The notes beneath the pieces are model-generated. The model was not told the DNA's origin. It made no database searches and was given only the letters and a program-made list of their open reading frames with translations. From NCBI GenBank assembly GCA_022813965.1, contig JALDZS010000016.1, positions 1 through 64,000 on the forward strand: a stretch of DNA of 64,000 bases, given 5' to 3'. The stretch is from Toensbergia leucococca. Taxonomy: Eukaryota. The position numbers and the translations under genes are program-made. Of this stretch, positions 10,995 to 24,629 are shown one piece after another (the stretch's first letter is position 1; the number at the start of each line of letters is the position of its first letter).

Positions 10995-11927
10995 GCCTTT
11001 GCAGGATATGCTTTCAAATATGAGATTTTGGAAGCATTGCTTCTCTGAAGACAGCCGAGCCTTTAAGGTTGTATCATGAGGGCAATACTTGATTTCCTAT
11101 GCAAGGCTGAAGCCTCGCTTTAAATGGTGATACAAAGAGCTCAAGCAAGTGGCCGCCTCCAAAGGTTCTTTCCTGATACCGAGTGGTGGCCCATAGCCTC
11201 GTGGCATAAGCGAATCAGAGGGCAGTAGCAACCGGATCTGCATCCTTTCTCGTAGAAAAGGATATAGACATTATCAGCGCCCTGTCAAGCGCGTGATTCA
11301 TGGATGTATTTCTTTTTCTTTCTTTCTCTTCTTCTTTCATTTTTCTATTCGCTCATCCTCGCTATCCGCTCTCAGCGGCAATTTAATCTACTGTCTGGTA
11401 AAACCCTCCTCGAGGACACGAAATGAAGCCAGGACTCAGTGCATTGGGATTGGCACCCTCGGGCACTTCGCTCATCACGATGTCGTGAGTGTTCCGAATC
11501 ACTCTCCTCAAGTTCCTGCACAAAATTTTCCAGGGAGCCAAGTTCCCAGATTCATGTCGTCATTGAAGGATTTGTATCCCTGTTGCAAGCCTGAGCCGAG
11601 ACCCCTCCCATCTCCCTCCCACATCCCCCAATTTTTCGCCATTATCACCCTCTCTCACAATCCCTCCTCCCCATCCTCCAAAAGCACAGCACAGCACATT
11701 CCCTTTTACACACGCACACACACTGCCCCCTTCCCTAGGAGTAGAAGAAAAGCAAAAGGGGTGTTTTGTGATAAGTGGGGGGAGGGAAAGGGGAAAGAAA
11801 GGTATGCTTTAACTTATATAACACCTACACGATGAGGAATATAAGGAATGAGAAAATGAGAATACGTTTGTGTGAAAAGCTGGGGGGACGGGGGGCGGAG
11901 GGGGAGTGTGTTACTCTGATTGGACGC

Positions 11928-11967
<40 letters not shown>
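11928..11967 (+). repeat. (GA)n microsatellite within a purine-rich tract
   Basis: About 20 GA units with one interruption. Confidence 0.95.
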
Positions 11968-11968
<1 letters not shown>

Positions 11969-12140
11969 GGGGAGAAGGAAAGGACGGAGGGAGGGAGGGA
12001 AGGAGGGGAGATGGGTAAGTGCGTTAGTGAATTGTCTAGCTCTTGGTATATAGGTACTATCTATAGATCCTGGTATCAATGCACGAAAATAAACCCCCCT
12101 TCCCCATGCAACAACGAATCTCTCAAACTCAAGTAACAAA

Positions 12141-13960
12141 TCATTCTCCATCCACATGCCCCTCCCCCTCCTCAACAACCATCTCCTTCCTATGCAAATC
12201 CAGCCCCAACATCCCCACCGTAATAACAACATTACAAAACGCACAGACCATATAAGGCAGCCCAATCCACACTCCACCCCACCCCAGCCCGGCGTTGAAA
12301 AGTCCCGTGATCGTCGGCGCTGCAATCAACGACCCAACCGTCGATACAATACTAGCCGCGGTAAACAATCTCCCCACCTCGTTCGGCTCTACCATATTGG
12401 TTAGCATGCTGCGCACCAATGAATGTGCCCCCGTGCCGAGCGTGCTAACGAATATCCCGACCAGAAGCCCGGGAATCGTAGGGGCCAGGGCCACCATCAA
12501 CAAACCCACCGAGGTCAGCGTATAGCTTATTCTGGACAGAAGAAAGTCTTTGCGGAGCGTGCTGAAACCCCGTCGTTTTACGAGCCAGATTGAAACGGCC
12601 GGAATGACTGAGAGAAGGAGGACCATGCTGACCCCTGCCCGCAAGGCGAAGACGTAATTGGCTTTGGCGAGCGTCCACAACCAGCGTTTAGATACGTATT
12701 GTAAAAGCAGTTCCCCGCAAATTATATCCATCTGGAAGACTATGAAGCAGCTCATAAGAAAGATGATCCGCCAATCGTGGAAAATGAACCGAGTATTGGC
12801 GATGAAATAGGAGAGTAGGGAGGAAGCTCGTATGAGAAGGCCGGGTTTTTGGGTATCGGAAGAATGGGTTCGGGTTAATGGAGCATTTAGTAGCAAATCA
12901 ATGTCTTCAGTACTACCACAAAGCTCTTCACTCGATTTCAAGACGCCTAGAGTCTCGGGAAGGGCGAGAGACAGAGGAATTATCAGAGCTATCAAGCCAG
13001 CGCTAAGCTTCATCGCGATCCAGGGATCACGATTCATGAGAAACGAACCGAGTGGTGGGCCCTAGAAGACAAGTTTAGCCAGAGCGATTCGAAAATGAAA
13101 TGCTGCCTCACCAAAACTTGTGTCGATAGAAACGCTGCTTGTAGGCCAAAGAAGACAGTTGCCCTGGCAAGGATGAGCATTGACTCCCAAGATGCTTACA
13201 AGCTTCAAGGCAAAGAGTGTACCGTTGAGGTCCAGTGGTAACGTCTGCACAGATGACATATATCAATGCGATTAAAACTAAGCTTCCTCCACCAAAAATT
13301 GCCAGCACCGATTGAAGCCATATGAGGTGGATGGGGAATGTTTGGGGAAACGCGCCTAGCATGACACAAGGATTAGCATTTCATAACGCAAGATTGTCGG
13401 GATAGACAAGCGCCTCACAAATCATGATGGCCCAAATGAATCTAAGGAATATAGAAACACTGTTCAGTACTAGCAGCCATTTCCTTCCGTAACGATCTGC
13501 CAAGGTCCCGAAAGGAATTGCGAGGAACAGCCCTAAGCGAAATGCAATCAACACGGGGGCTGAGATATGGTGAAGCAAAGGCCATACCAGGTAGATTATC
13601 AAAGAAGTCCCCCCAGCCAGCCAGCATGGCTAATTCTCCCTGAACTGGGTCTATCTTGCACAATCGCTCATCCACCACACCCTTATCTCCAATCTGACTC
13701 GGATCATGCTCTCGGTAAAAGTTGTTGCAAATGATGGATTCGATGACGCGGGTCCTTGGAGCTGTCTGAAGGAAGATGGCAAAGTCTACAACAAAGATGA
13801 ATAAGATCATGATGGTCAAGACGTATGATTGAAGATGTTTGGCATGGGAAGGTGAGGCGCTGCCTAGAGGCTCAGGGAAACTTTTGAGAAGGGGAGTATC
13901 TTCTGCGGTGGAGTCAAGGTCGTGAGAGTGTTCATCATGAGGTCGAACCTTTGACACCAT
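12141..13960 (-). CDS. Major facilitator superfamily transporter (SLC46/UstT-like efflux type), multi-exon
   Basis: MFS motif A GTLADRYGRK, luminal loop IC..ERLCKIDPVQGELA, many TM helices and VRSMLTNMVEPNEVGRLFT. The fragments are joined by short introns. Confidence 0.85.
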
Positions 13961-14629
13961 TGCGGATAGTGTGATCAGGGTGTGCGGTATGAGAATGGTG
14001 GGAATGGATTGCCGTCAAGGCAAGGTGTGAAGGCGGACGGATTTCCCATTAAGTCATGTTCGTTGTCGAGACGTACGGTAACAGCAGAGCAGCGAGGTAA
14101 TGCTGAAGAGGTTGACGAAGCATGTTCACGCGTCCAGTCGGATAGACTTGAATTGCTGACGACGACATACCGTAGTATGTAAGCAAACGCCAGTGCCGAT
14201 CAGCACCTTCGACGTTACAGTGTTCTGTTTCTTTGCAGCACGAGAAGTCTGTTCTTTCATAGCCAAGTTCTCCTAGCAAATGAGGAAATGGGAGAAAGGT
14301 GCAGTTGAAATGTAGGCATTGGCCTGATATTGTACGAGTAGGTAAGAAGACTCGTAGATAATGTTACGTATGGATACTTCCGCTAGAATAGTGCTGAATA
14401 TATTACTTGACAGAACTCAAAATTGGGATTCATTGCCTCATTGCGTCTGCCCTGTTATTCATTGAATGCTGGCTTACCGTTACCTTTTTCTTTATTCCAT
14501 GACTTCTATTTAACTTGGTTACACTATGAGACGTTGAAATCATCATCGTGATATCTGTTGAGTGCAAACGTCCTCTGCGACAGACCAACACATCAAGCTT
14601 TCTGAAGACTTGTTTGAGCAGCTCCTTTC

Positions 14630-17600
14630 TTATTTGACACTGGCCAAGCTTTCCGACATCGGAACACCCTCAGAGCCCGTCAAGCCCTTTCGAATCGCAA
14701 GTACGCTATCAACGATAACGGCATCGATGCCTTCTCTCACTTGTAACTGCGCTCTACTTAGTATGCAGGCTCCCATACGTTGTAGATTCGACAAAACTTA
14801 CCTTCACCTTTTCCGGATCATTATTGATACTACCATAGGAAACACAGACAAGGCCAGACTCCTTCACCACTTTCACCAGTCGGGGACTGATGACCAATGG
14901 CTCAGCCGCCGAAACTACGCCCAGAAGATTCCATCTCGAAGCAAATCGAATAGCCTCTTGTAGACTGCTTGCACGAATGTCGCCCACAGGGCAAGTGCCC
15001 GCATCTGTCAGGAACAACACCGGTATCGAAGGCTGCTTGAAAGATAGCAAGAGGCAAATATCGGGGTTGAAGCTGGAGAAAATGACATTGCGCTTTTTGC
15101 CTAGATCGTAGACCTTCCCAAGCACTGTATCTACAAACGAATTGAGTTCCACGGCGTAGGTATCCATCTCTTGTTCTTCGCTCTCGTGGAGCATAGGATA
15201 CTCTGCCGTGTGTTAGCGCTGCATAGTGAGACAAAGACACCACAAGCCTACTCATCTCGATATTGAAGCCGATGGTCTCTGGGAGTTTCTTGAACATCTC
15301 TTCCAAAGTGGTAAATGGAGCTTGAATGAAATTTCCCCGACTGTTCGCTTTAAATCCCTTCTGCTTAAAGTCCCGCGTGTGCTTCATACGTTGACTCATC
15401 TCAGGGGTCTCTGAGTTCGCCGAAGTCCCGAGTGACACCGACCGATACCTTCTCGTATCAGAAACTTGTTTCTCTCTAACAGCAGCGTTTACCAGATTGA
15501 TAGGAGACGCAGGCCGGGAGGTGGGACGAGACAATGGACGATCGCTGACATGAAGAAACTAAGTTCCAATCAATAATGAAGAGCACCTGGAAGTCATCCG
15601 TAGGTATACAGACCTGCTCAAGAGTGAGAGTATGAACGGGAGCATCAATGCCTGTCTCGCTGACCAGGAAGTCATGGTAAATCACGGGAACGTGGTCCTT
15701 TGTCAGCTGAACATCTACACTGTGTCAGTCTATAGAGAACACTGCTAGTCAACTTTGAGCATACCAAACTACAGAAGTGTTAGCATAAATTTTGGCTCGA
15801 AAGTGGAAGAAGCTTGACCTCCACGTAAGATGCTCCCAGATTGGCAGCGGCAATGAAAGACTAAACCGATTAGAGCTTTCATGACTTTGAAAGGCATATG
15901 GCTTACCTGAATAGTGTTTTCTCCGAGTTGTAAAGACCTTCGAGCGGCCATGTTCTTTCCCAAGCCTTCGCAAAGATTAGGCAAGACACGTGGACAAGAA
16001 ACGCAAGTGACAGGTCACCTCGATGTCCAATGACCATGGTCGAAGTCATACTCTTCCAGTACGTCTGATTCTCTGTAATAGACATGTTAGGATGGGTGAA
16101 GGGCGTAATAATTAGGAAATTGAAGTTGACCGATCCGATGACATCCAGTGTACTAGCTGCCATGATAGGCACTGCGACGTCTCCTTGCAAAGTGATTCGC
16201 TTAGAGCCAATGCTAGGTTTGATGCTGGAGAGTAGAGCAACACCACGACCAACTATTTGATCCTTGCTTCCGGCATAAGTCGGCACGATATCAAAGAGCA
16301 GCTTCACCTTTGTAGGGTCCAAGGCAGTGAAGACGATCGGATCCGTGCTGATATTATCCTGGACTGGAAGATCAATGATCGAAGGCTCGCCAGTAGCTCC
16401 ACTCGCCGATACAACCACCGAAAGGGCAGTATCAAGCTGAGTTGAATGGGCATCTGCGAGTGGAATACGCTCGAGCTTCACAGCTTCGATGGCTTTTCGC
16501 ATGTCCATGGTCCCAAGGCTAACCAGAACCATGCTTTCCTTTGTGAGATAACGATGTCCGAAGGTCTTGATCGGTTGAGTATTTCGCACTGGACCGTTAC
16601 TCCAATTTGTCCCGTTTGACTTTCTGTCTGTGAGAGAACTAGAATATGGCGGGGACGAGGACTTGATCGTTGACGAGTCGGAGTCGTAAGAACGAGGTGC
16701 TGTTGTGAATTCTGCCAGTATTTTTGCTATATTCATATGTCCCCGTAGCGCCGCATGCTCTTTGGCTGTCCATCCTGAGCTATCCGACCTTTCCAAGTCA
16801 GCTTCAGCTTTTATTAAGAGTTTGACAATATCGAGGTGACCATCTACGCAGGCGACAAAGAGTGGCGTCCAGCTGAAGGTTTTCTCCGCAATTTCGGTGT
16901 TGGCCCTTCGGTTCCCAGAACCTCCTAGAAGAGCAGTGGCGCATTCGGTATGCCCAAAGCGAGCGGCGACATGGAGCGCTGTCTCGCCCTGGTCATCCTG
17001 GTAATCCAAATCGATCCCTGCTTCTACAAGCAATCTCACTATCACCACAAAATTTGATTTAGTAGCTAGGGCAAGAACTTCACCAGACTTTGAGATCTCC
17101 TTGCGTAACGTAGGCTTGCGATCATTTGCTGCCTTCCAATCTCCGGCGTTGAGTAATATTTTTGTCGTCAGCGGATGTCCTCCGATGACGCTGAGGTGTA
17201 AAGGCGCCCACCCTTCGGCGTCCTGCCAGAAAGGGCCATCGATATCCTTGATAGCCTCGAATTGACCCCACTGCTGCATACGATCCATGATGAGTTGACA
17301 GATCACTACAAAGCCGTACTGTGCAGCATAATGCAAAGGCATACGCCCATAAGCATCTCTTGTCTGTAGGGCAACCCGTTGCTCTGGCCGCAATTTGTCC
17401 AAGAGATACTGCAGGATTACAACGGATTCGTCTTCTTTCACAAGTCTTGTAACACCATCGAGTTCCTTTGTGACACAAGTGGGAGGAGCCAAAATCGGTG
17501 GTGCAGCAGGGGTGATATAGTTTGCGGTATCCAGTGCTGCATCGATGGATAAATCAGCAGCTCCCTCTCCAACGCCACCTGATTTAGAGCGGCCTATGGT

Positions 17601-18516
17601 GATGATGAGACGATGAATACAATTGCGATTATTGATATCATCGCCTTCGTCTAGTGTTGTCAAATGGTCGAGCAGCTTATCAATGCACTCCTTCGCCCTG
17701 CATGATATTGCTCGTTGCAGGAGATTAAGCGTCAGTCTTTGGAACGAAACTTCTTTTGAGTCGCCGTAACCAAGGTTGGTGTCTTCCATAAGCTCTAGGA
17801 GGACTAAAGCCTCGTCATGACGGATGACCTGGTCCACAGTTTCCAGCAATGGTCCTGCTGGGAGGTTCAGTATGGCTTTCGAGGATACTCGTGGGACGGA
17901 AAGAGACGAATGAGTGGAGCTGTTATCGTCGTAGACTTTGGCGTCTCCAAGAGCTGCAAGCCAATCATTTACGCTTTTCATTGTCTCCAATAAAGCGAGA
18001 TTGGTGGCAAACTCTTTGGGATCTACTTTAGACTCTAGATATAGTTGCTGTGTTGAGGGCTGTCCAACTTTCTTGTCCAACTTCTTTGTGATTTTTATGA
18101 AGCCCCTTCGATTCACCTCTCCATACCATTGTAATTTTCTGAGCTGACCACGTAACTCCAGTAGAGCTCCCATGAGCTCTTCCACCTCATCCCTGTCAAT
18201 ATCTTTGGGCACATCTGTGACTGTGCCGTATCGCTCTTGCAGAAGCTTGAGCCGCCGAGCTGCAACTCCGTACTTTTGGTTGTAGAATTTGTCAACGTCT
18301 TCTAGGTTTCGGTCCAATGAGTAGAAAAATTCTAGTAAGATTTAGCGGTTGGTCGCAGGATATTTGGACGCATAACGTGCCAGCAGTATCAGCATTTGCC
18401 CCAGTTTTGACGGTGTCTGCGGCTGATTTGATGAGCTTCTTCAGAGACTTATATTTGATATACGATGTTGCCCACTCGGGAACCTGATTGCGAGGTAGGT
18501 TCCGTCCAAACTTCAT
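14630..18516 (-). CDS. GDE1: Glycerophosphocholine phosphodiesterase Gde1 (SPX, ankyrin, GDPD), multi-exon
   Basis: SPX start MKFGRNL..YIKYKSLKKLIK and ankyrin repeats. GDPD motifs are VIGHRG, ENT, YVEFDVQLTKD..HD, FNIEMKYP and FSSF, and the C-terminus is GIDAVIVD. Stop TAA at 14630. Confidence 0.95.
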
Positions 18517-19819
18517 CGTGACGATAGCGGCTCGAGATCATACAACAAATTTCTAATGGACTCGATTGGCCAACGAGCAGGCCGCGGTCGGCGTTATCCG
18601 CAAAGATACTGGCTTAGTCTAAGCATAGAGATTGTGGTGAATGAAAGTCGAAGGGAAGCTCAATTGGCCATTTAGCACAGGCTAAAACAAGTGTCAATGG
18701 GGGAAGTGAAGTAGGTGGTTGACTTTCGCGGTAGTTTCTGGTAGAAAGAATGTGGGCGTGATGGAATTCCAAGCTCCCGTTGGCTGGAGTTTTGCACCAA
18801 GCCAGGAAGTGCAGAGAATGTTAAGCGGGTAGCTCAAACCCATGTTTAACTCGAAAACATCTAAGACGGTAGGGAGAAGCGTACTGATAGTTCTAGGTAT
18901 ATGCCTTGCGGTTGAGGTGTCAAGCCTGACGTCCTTCTCGACGTCATTTGGTGTCATCATGATGGGCTGGCTCACTGGGTTATCAGCCAGTATCAATAAT
19001 CACAGAAAAGGATGTCCAGAGCGGAATGCAAAGCAGATTTCCGGACTATCACATGGGCCGATCACATAAATGCTGGGTTGTGACTACGTATTATATTTTC
19101 TACGAGTAGTTACCCGTATCCGTACGGATACACAAGAATAACATCTTGAAATTTGCCCATATTAAATAGTAGGGCAGATTGGGAAAATCTGCTATGGCAA
19201 CCTCTCCGCTACGTTCTACAGCTCCACCATATTCTATGTAAAGTCCAAGGTTGAGTTTTCCAAAGCTGAGAGTCCAGGTCCCACTCGTCCCGTGGAAGGG
19301 TTTTGTATCAGGGTTCAGGATAAGGTTCAAGTAGAGTGCGAATAGTAAGAACCTACCAAGTATGCCGTAACTCGTCACCATCAAATTGCTCATTGGTCTC
19401 AAAGATGCTGCTCGTTCTACGTGTACTTCTACAACTGCAACACACGTATCATGATGGACCACGTCATTGCAAATCATTTCCATTTCCTAAGTACCTTACC
19501 TTAATCACGCACTCGCTTGCCCTACCAGGCCTTTTTTCTAATTTTCTCCCCTTTTTGTTGAAGAAAAGCAATTCGAAAATCTGTGTGAAAGAGACAGAGT
19601 CCCGGGACCAAAGATCGCTCGTCATGCGAGGTACCAAGTAGCAATTGAGGATTCATCCTAGGTGATGAATGGCTGCTGTGCACGATAAAGCAAGATCTAG
19701 CTCCGTGTGTCTCTCTAGGCAGCTTTCATTGTTAGAAGAGAATCAAAATTGAGCTGCCGTAATGACTTCCCGGATTCTCCTTTTCATCAACTCATGCCAC
19801 CCTTGAAGTGAATACGTGT

Positions 19820-22800
19820 CTACCAAGGACTCTTCTTAATCCCTTGATGCTGCAAGACTTCATTACGTTCTTTCTCACGTAAATCATGGAAGAAATGGTC
19901 AATCGCATCATGATGGTTTGAGGGAAAGACATTGGTATGACGGTAAGAGATTGGGGCCCCCTTTTCTTTCCATCCAAGAGGCGTCTGCGTGTGATACTCA
20001 CGAGAATTGGTCAAAGCACCAGAAGGCAACGAATCGCGTGCTCCATCATGTTGTGGCAGAATTCCACGAGCTGCATGGGAGCTGGTGACGGAATTAGAAG
20101 AGTAAGAGTCTCCTGCGCCGTCGTACTGCGGCATCAAGCTACGAGCTTGATACGTCGAAGTGCCCCGAGAAGGCTGGGCTTTGTTGTTACGAGCATCTGG
20201 GGCCCAACTAGAAGTGGATGCAGAGCTGGATGAACGATTTCCCTTCATTGTGGTGGTGGTATTAGGCTGCCACTGATCGCTTACGTTCTCCTTGTTGGTA
20301 GAACGCTTTGCCCACCCGCCGTCAGCTTCAGGGTGACGACGCATCTGCCACTCAGCAGGAGCAACATTATGAGGAGTTTCCTGCTTGTGCTGAGATGCGG
20401 AATAGCGAGGACTCTTTAGCATGTCTCGGAGGAATCCGGTTGTGCCCTTCTCCATAGCAGCGCTATCAGAGATCTAGTTAGATTTTCTTCAGATGACAAG
20501 CATGTCTTTGGTCTGGTAGAGCTCACCTAGCTTTTTGTATTGACTGAAGCTTCTTTGCCTCCTCAGCCCTAAGACTCTCAAGAAATACAGGTAGATGACT
20601 TGAATTTGTTTCTTTGAGGATTTTGATTATATCGGCAGCGGTTGCAGCATGTGCGCTACGTCGTGTCAGTGACATTTATTCCATCTCACTGGGTAGCTAT
20701 AGTTGAGGAAAGCTCACTTTTTAGACCCTTGGTCTGCCGTGTCGTCCCAAGAAGTGTCGGATCGATTATCGGAATCTTTCGCAAAAGGGTTCTTTACAAG
20801 AGTCGACTCTCGTTTCTCCTCTTTAATTGGAGCCGCCTTGAAGGTTAGATTGGTAGAGAAATGCGAGTTTTTCCCAGTGTCCTCAACTGTTGCCTGATTA
20901 TGACGGTTACTTGACTTTGCGACTTTCTCATTGGCGGCCTTTCGAGCTTTCAGATTCCTATCTGTAGCTGGAACAGTAGTCATAGTATTCTCCATTTCAG
21001 TTGGAGGAACTTTAACAGCACTAGGGACGGTTGACTTCTTTGGAGAGGTTGGAGGTGTATCCCAGCCGTCTTCTGAACCGCCTGGCCAATTGGATTGGAA
21101 TTCGAGGCCCAACATGCTAAAATCTTGGATATGACTGCTATCATTGGTTTCAGTCGGGTTATGACCAATTTGATACGTAAGGACAGCGGGAGATGGTTTG
21201 CTGGGTGACCCAGAGGCAGTGTTTCTTGCCTGACTATGATGAGTCGCAGCAACAAGAGGCTCATCTTTACAACCAATATCTTTCTTCGCGTTAATCTCAG
21301 TGCTATAATTCGAATTCCAGCTATCGCGACGGGCTCGGAAAAAGTTGCCAATCTTTGGGTTTGGCTTAGCACTTAGATTTGTGTAAAATTCAGTTGGAAC
21401 CTTCTTTGCTTTGGCGTGAATGTTAAAGGCACTATCTGCCCAGTCCCACGCACGCGGCTTAGAAATATGGTCCGGTATTGGCTCTGGCAGTGGAATTGGC
21501 TGGAAATCTGCCATGGCCCAGCGAACATCTTGTTCGGCGTCGTACTCCGGATCCTTGCTCTGCCCACCTTCACATCCGTACTTCTTGGCCTGCTCACGGA
21601 CACGTCGAACGACTTCCTGGATTTCTGAGACTGTCGAGCAGTACAACTTTTCCCCGTCCACAGGATTCAGACCCAACCTATCTATGTACTCTATATCTTC
21701 GTGACAGACCGGAAGCAGAGTGCTAGATGGTGAGTCTACACGGCCTGATGTTGTGCCATTGCCTGGAGAGGCCGTATTTCCAATGTGAGCGTGATCAGCC
21801 GAAGCAGAGGCTGGCGTATTATTAGGAACAAAAGGAGGCGCAACAGGCGAGAGATACTTTGTAGGAGTTACGCCAAGCTTAGTGGATGGTATACTAAGCG
21901 TTCGACCCCAGCTACTGTCCGATGCGTACCCGGACTGGATATTGGTGTGCTGAAAGCTTACTGGCGCATCAAATCCAGGCATTTGACTATCGACCGAAAT
22001 CAAGCCAGAATTTGAGTCAATGCCAGCAGGAAATCTACTACTCTGAAGAGAATCTTGACGTCCAATATGGTATTGGTAACCTCTATGCTCTTCGAGTGGA
22101 TAGTCACCTACGGAAGTTGGAGCGTTCATTAGAGACCTTAGTTTCTCTCTGCTCACTCGTAGAGTATCAATTTGCTCGACCAGCTGCACACGCATTGTGG
22201 TCGCAGACGACTGTGCCCCAGATCCTAAATCATGACGATGTAGAGCTAGATGCTGGTCAAGCAGTTCGAGCTGAGACCGCAGAACACCTTGGTTGTGCTC
22301 CAATGCTTTGAGTTGAAGATGATAATTTGGCTTCGAAGTATTTGCACTATGACGATTTGTCGCAGCGGCAAACGGCAAAGAAACCGGTGTAGCTTCGACC
22401 ATACCTCCGCGTTGCAATCCGAAGGAAACTGGTTGATAAGGCCCCATCATGGGGTACCCTGGCGCTACCTCGGCGATACTTGGTGTTTGAAGTGGATAAA
22501 GTTGCTCCAATCTAGTATGTAACCCATGCAAGGAAGCTCGATACATGTTGCCCTCAAAGGAAATAATCGCACCGCCATCTTGTAGATAAATTACGGGTAC
22601 AGCTCCAGGCGGAAAATGCAATACAGGAGCCATGTAGGCTTGCGAACTCTGAGGACTGAATATCGGGGTTTGCGGTACCCCAACGTCTGTGCCATAGCTA
22701 GGCTGCGGGACACCGTGAACTCGTGCTAGCATATTGAGGTAATCTCGGTTCTCGGCCTCGGTATGGTCTTTCGTAAGATGCCCAGAGGATGTTGATGACT

Positions 22801-23962
22801 CTACTTGCGATCGTGCAAGCTGATCCTGATCGGTAGACGAACTTGCGTTTGCGTACTTGTCTCTAGCGGGCTGTGCCATCACTGGTCGCTTGTGAACGGC
22901 ACTTAACATTGAATCCATATTGAAAGCCGGGGGAGATAATAATGGTCCAGCAGGCACTATATTGCCGCCCGCGTTCACTCGCTGATGAGGAGGCGAAGCA
23001 TGTTGCTTCAAGAAGCGGGCGAAGCCTTCGTCTCGTTGTGCCAAAGGCGTCGCAGGGGGTCCATTCGGTTGACGAAATGGCTGATGCACAAATCTCAAGG
23101 CTCTACCATTGTTTAGGTTATCGTTCATGTTGTTTTCGTAGAGGCAAAGACCACGAATGGGCATTACTTTTTGGTCGAAAGCGTATAGACCAGTGTTTGG
23201 GTCCTTGAACATGGATTCTAAAAGAGAACGCAATAAGTAAAGAGACAGGAAGATTGTAGACAGAAACGTTGTTGCGTAGACTTGTAGTTTACAGAAAAGC
23301 AATACGAAGAACAACATAGAGACGCAATCAAGAGATATGCCACTAGGAAGCCTGTGTCTCTAGAGGTATTTGATACTATGAACACCAGAATTCACAGAGG
23401 ATATGTTTTTGCACAATGATACAAACGAGACAAGGATGCATGGGGCGAGGATGTAGAACACTAGAAGCTTACCTGCAAGGACCTCTTTGTTGAACGCAAG
23501 CTGTACACGGGTAGTGTCTGTCGCTTTTCCAAGCTCCAGCAAGGTAGCGACATCGTAAGCTGTCCCCTGGGGCTTCTGTGCTTTGACTTGGTGCACAAAG
23601 TGCTCGGGTTTATCCCTCGAGACTCTCTTCTTCTCATGTTGACTAAGGTTCGAGGCATCAGATGTAGAGGCAAAGTTGTCTCCTAGATTTGTGGTCCCTA
23701 CATTACCCTCTAGGGTTTGCTGCTCTACCGAACCTGTGATCATCGGAACAATTGCGGAATGAGTATTGGGATCACTATGCTGTTCTTGTAGATTGAGCTG
23801 CGGCATGGTTGTTGGAATGGAAGAGTTGTTGATTGATGTATTCGTAATCGTCGAGAAATTCAATGTCTGTGCCAGAGTCAACAATCTGTGTGTTGATTTA
23901 GATCTCATGTTGAAGGCAAGCAAGCTCATGCTAGAAATCGGAGAAGACGTGCTGCACGCCAT
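19820..23962 (-). CDS. Large, mostly low-complexity conserved hypothetical protein (multi-exon)
   Basis: ORFs 23360-23962, 20714-23317, a small exon at ~20527-20657 and 19820-20455 join in frame via GT-AG introns. Conserved-looking islands are FARFLKQHASPPHQRVNAGG and QEVVRRVREQAKKYGCEGGQSKDPEYDAEQDVRWAM. The start is uncertain. Confidence 0.75.
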
Positions 23963-24629
23963 GTTGAGGGAGCGATGGTGGAGGAAAAATGATTGATGTT
24001 GTGGTTGGAAAGAAGAGAGGGAGACTCACCAGGTGCAAAGCTACTCAAGCATGTGTAGCGTCGACGACTAATCGATCTTCTCGGCGCCGACTAAGCAAAG
24101 CGATGCGCGTGAGTGGTGGGAAGCTGAGTGGCGGAAATCGTGAGAAATTGGAATCGAAATACACTTCATCTTGTTTACCTCGGGATAAGCGAAGATCACA
24201 ATTGAACAAGATGGGCAGGAGCGAACTTATGGAAATTCCAATGCCTATGGGGTAGGAACTAACCATTCAGACACTTCTGTGCACCGAAGAAATACTACGC
24301 TTCCTGCAGACAGTTAAGACACAACGCACATGGATGTAGTTGGCTTCTGGCTTCATGGCTCACAACACAACGATCTGATACGTGACTCCAGGCTTTTAGC
24401 ATCTAGCTTTTGAAAAACAAAGACATTGTTTGAATAAGGTACGAGAAGAAAGCTCTAGCATTGATTCATGGAATCATGCACATACGGAAGGCTCTAGAAC
24501 TCATGTAGGAATGTTATTGCTGATCGCTTTCATTTCGTCTCATCAACTCATAGAGCCATACACATGCATGATACATTTAGATTTGACAAACTAGGAAGAC
24601 GCCAACCTTAGTCCCTCGGATTCTGTGCT

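Noticed and set aside
3300..11000. Amyloid signalling motif (HET-s, PP or sigma type) linking the NLR and the HeLo-like protein
   Set aside because: I found no N/Q/G-rich pseudo-repeat at the NLR N-terminus or at the C-terminus of the HeLo-like/ANK protein.
11293..12136. ORFs with ER/LS dipeptide repeats
   Set aside because: They derive from the (GA)n microsatellite and low-complexity intergenic DNA.
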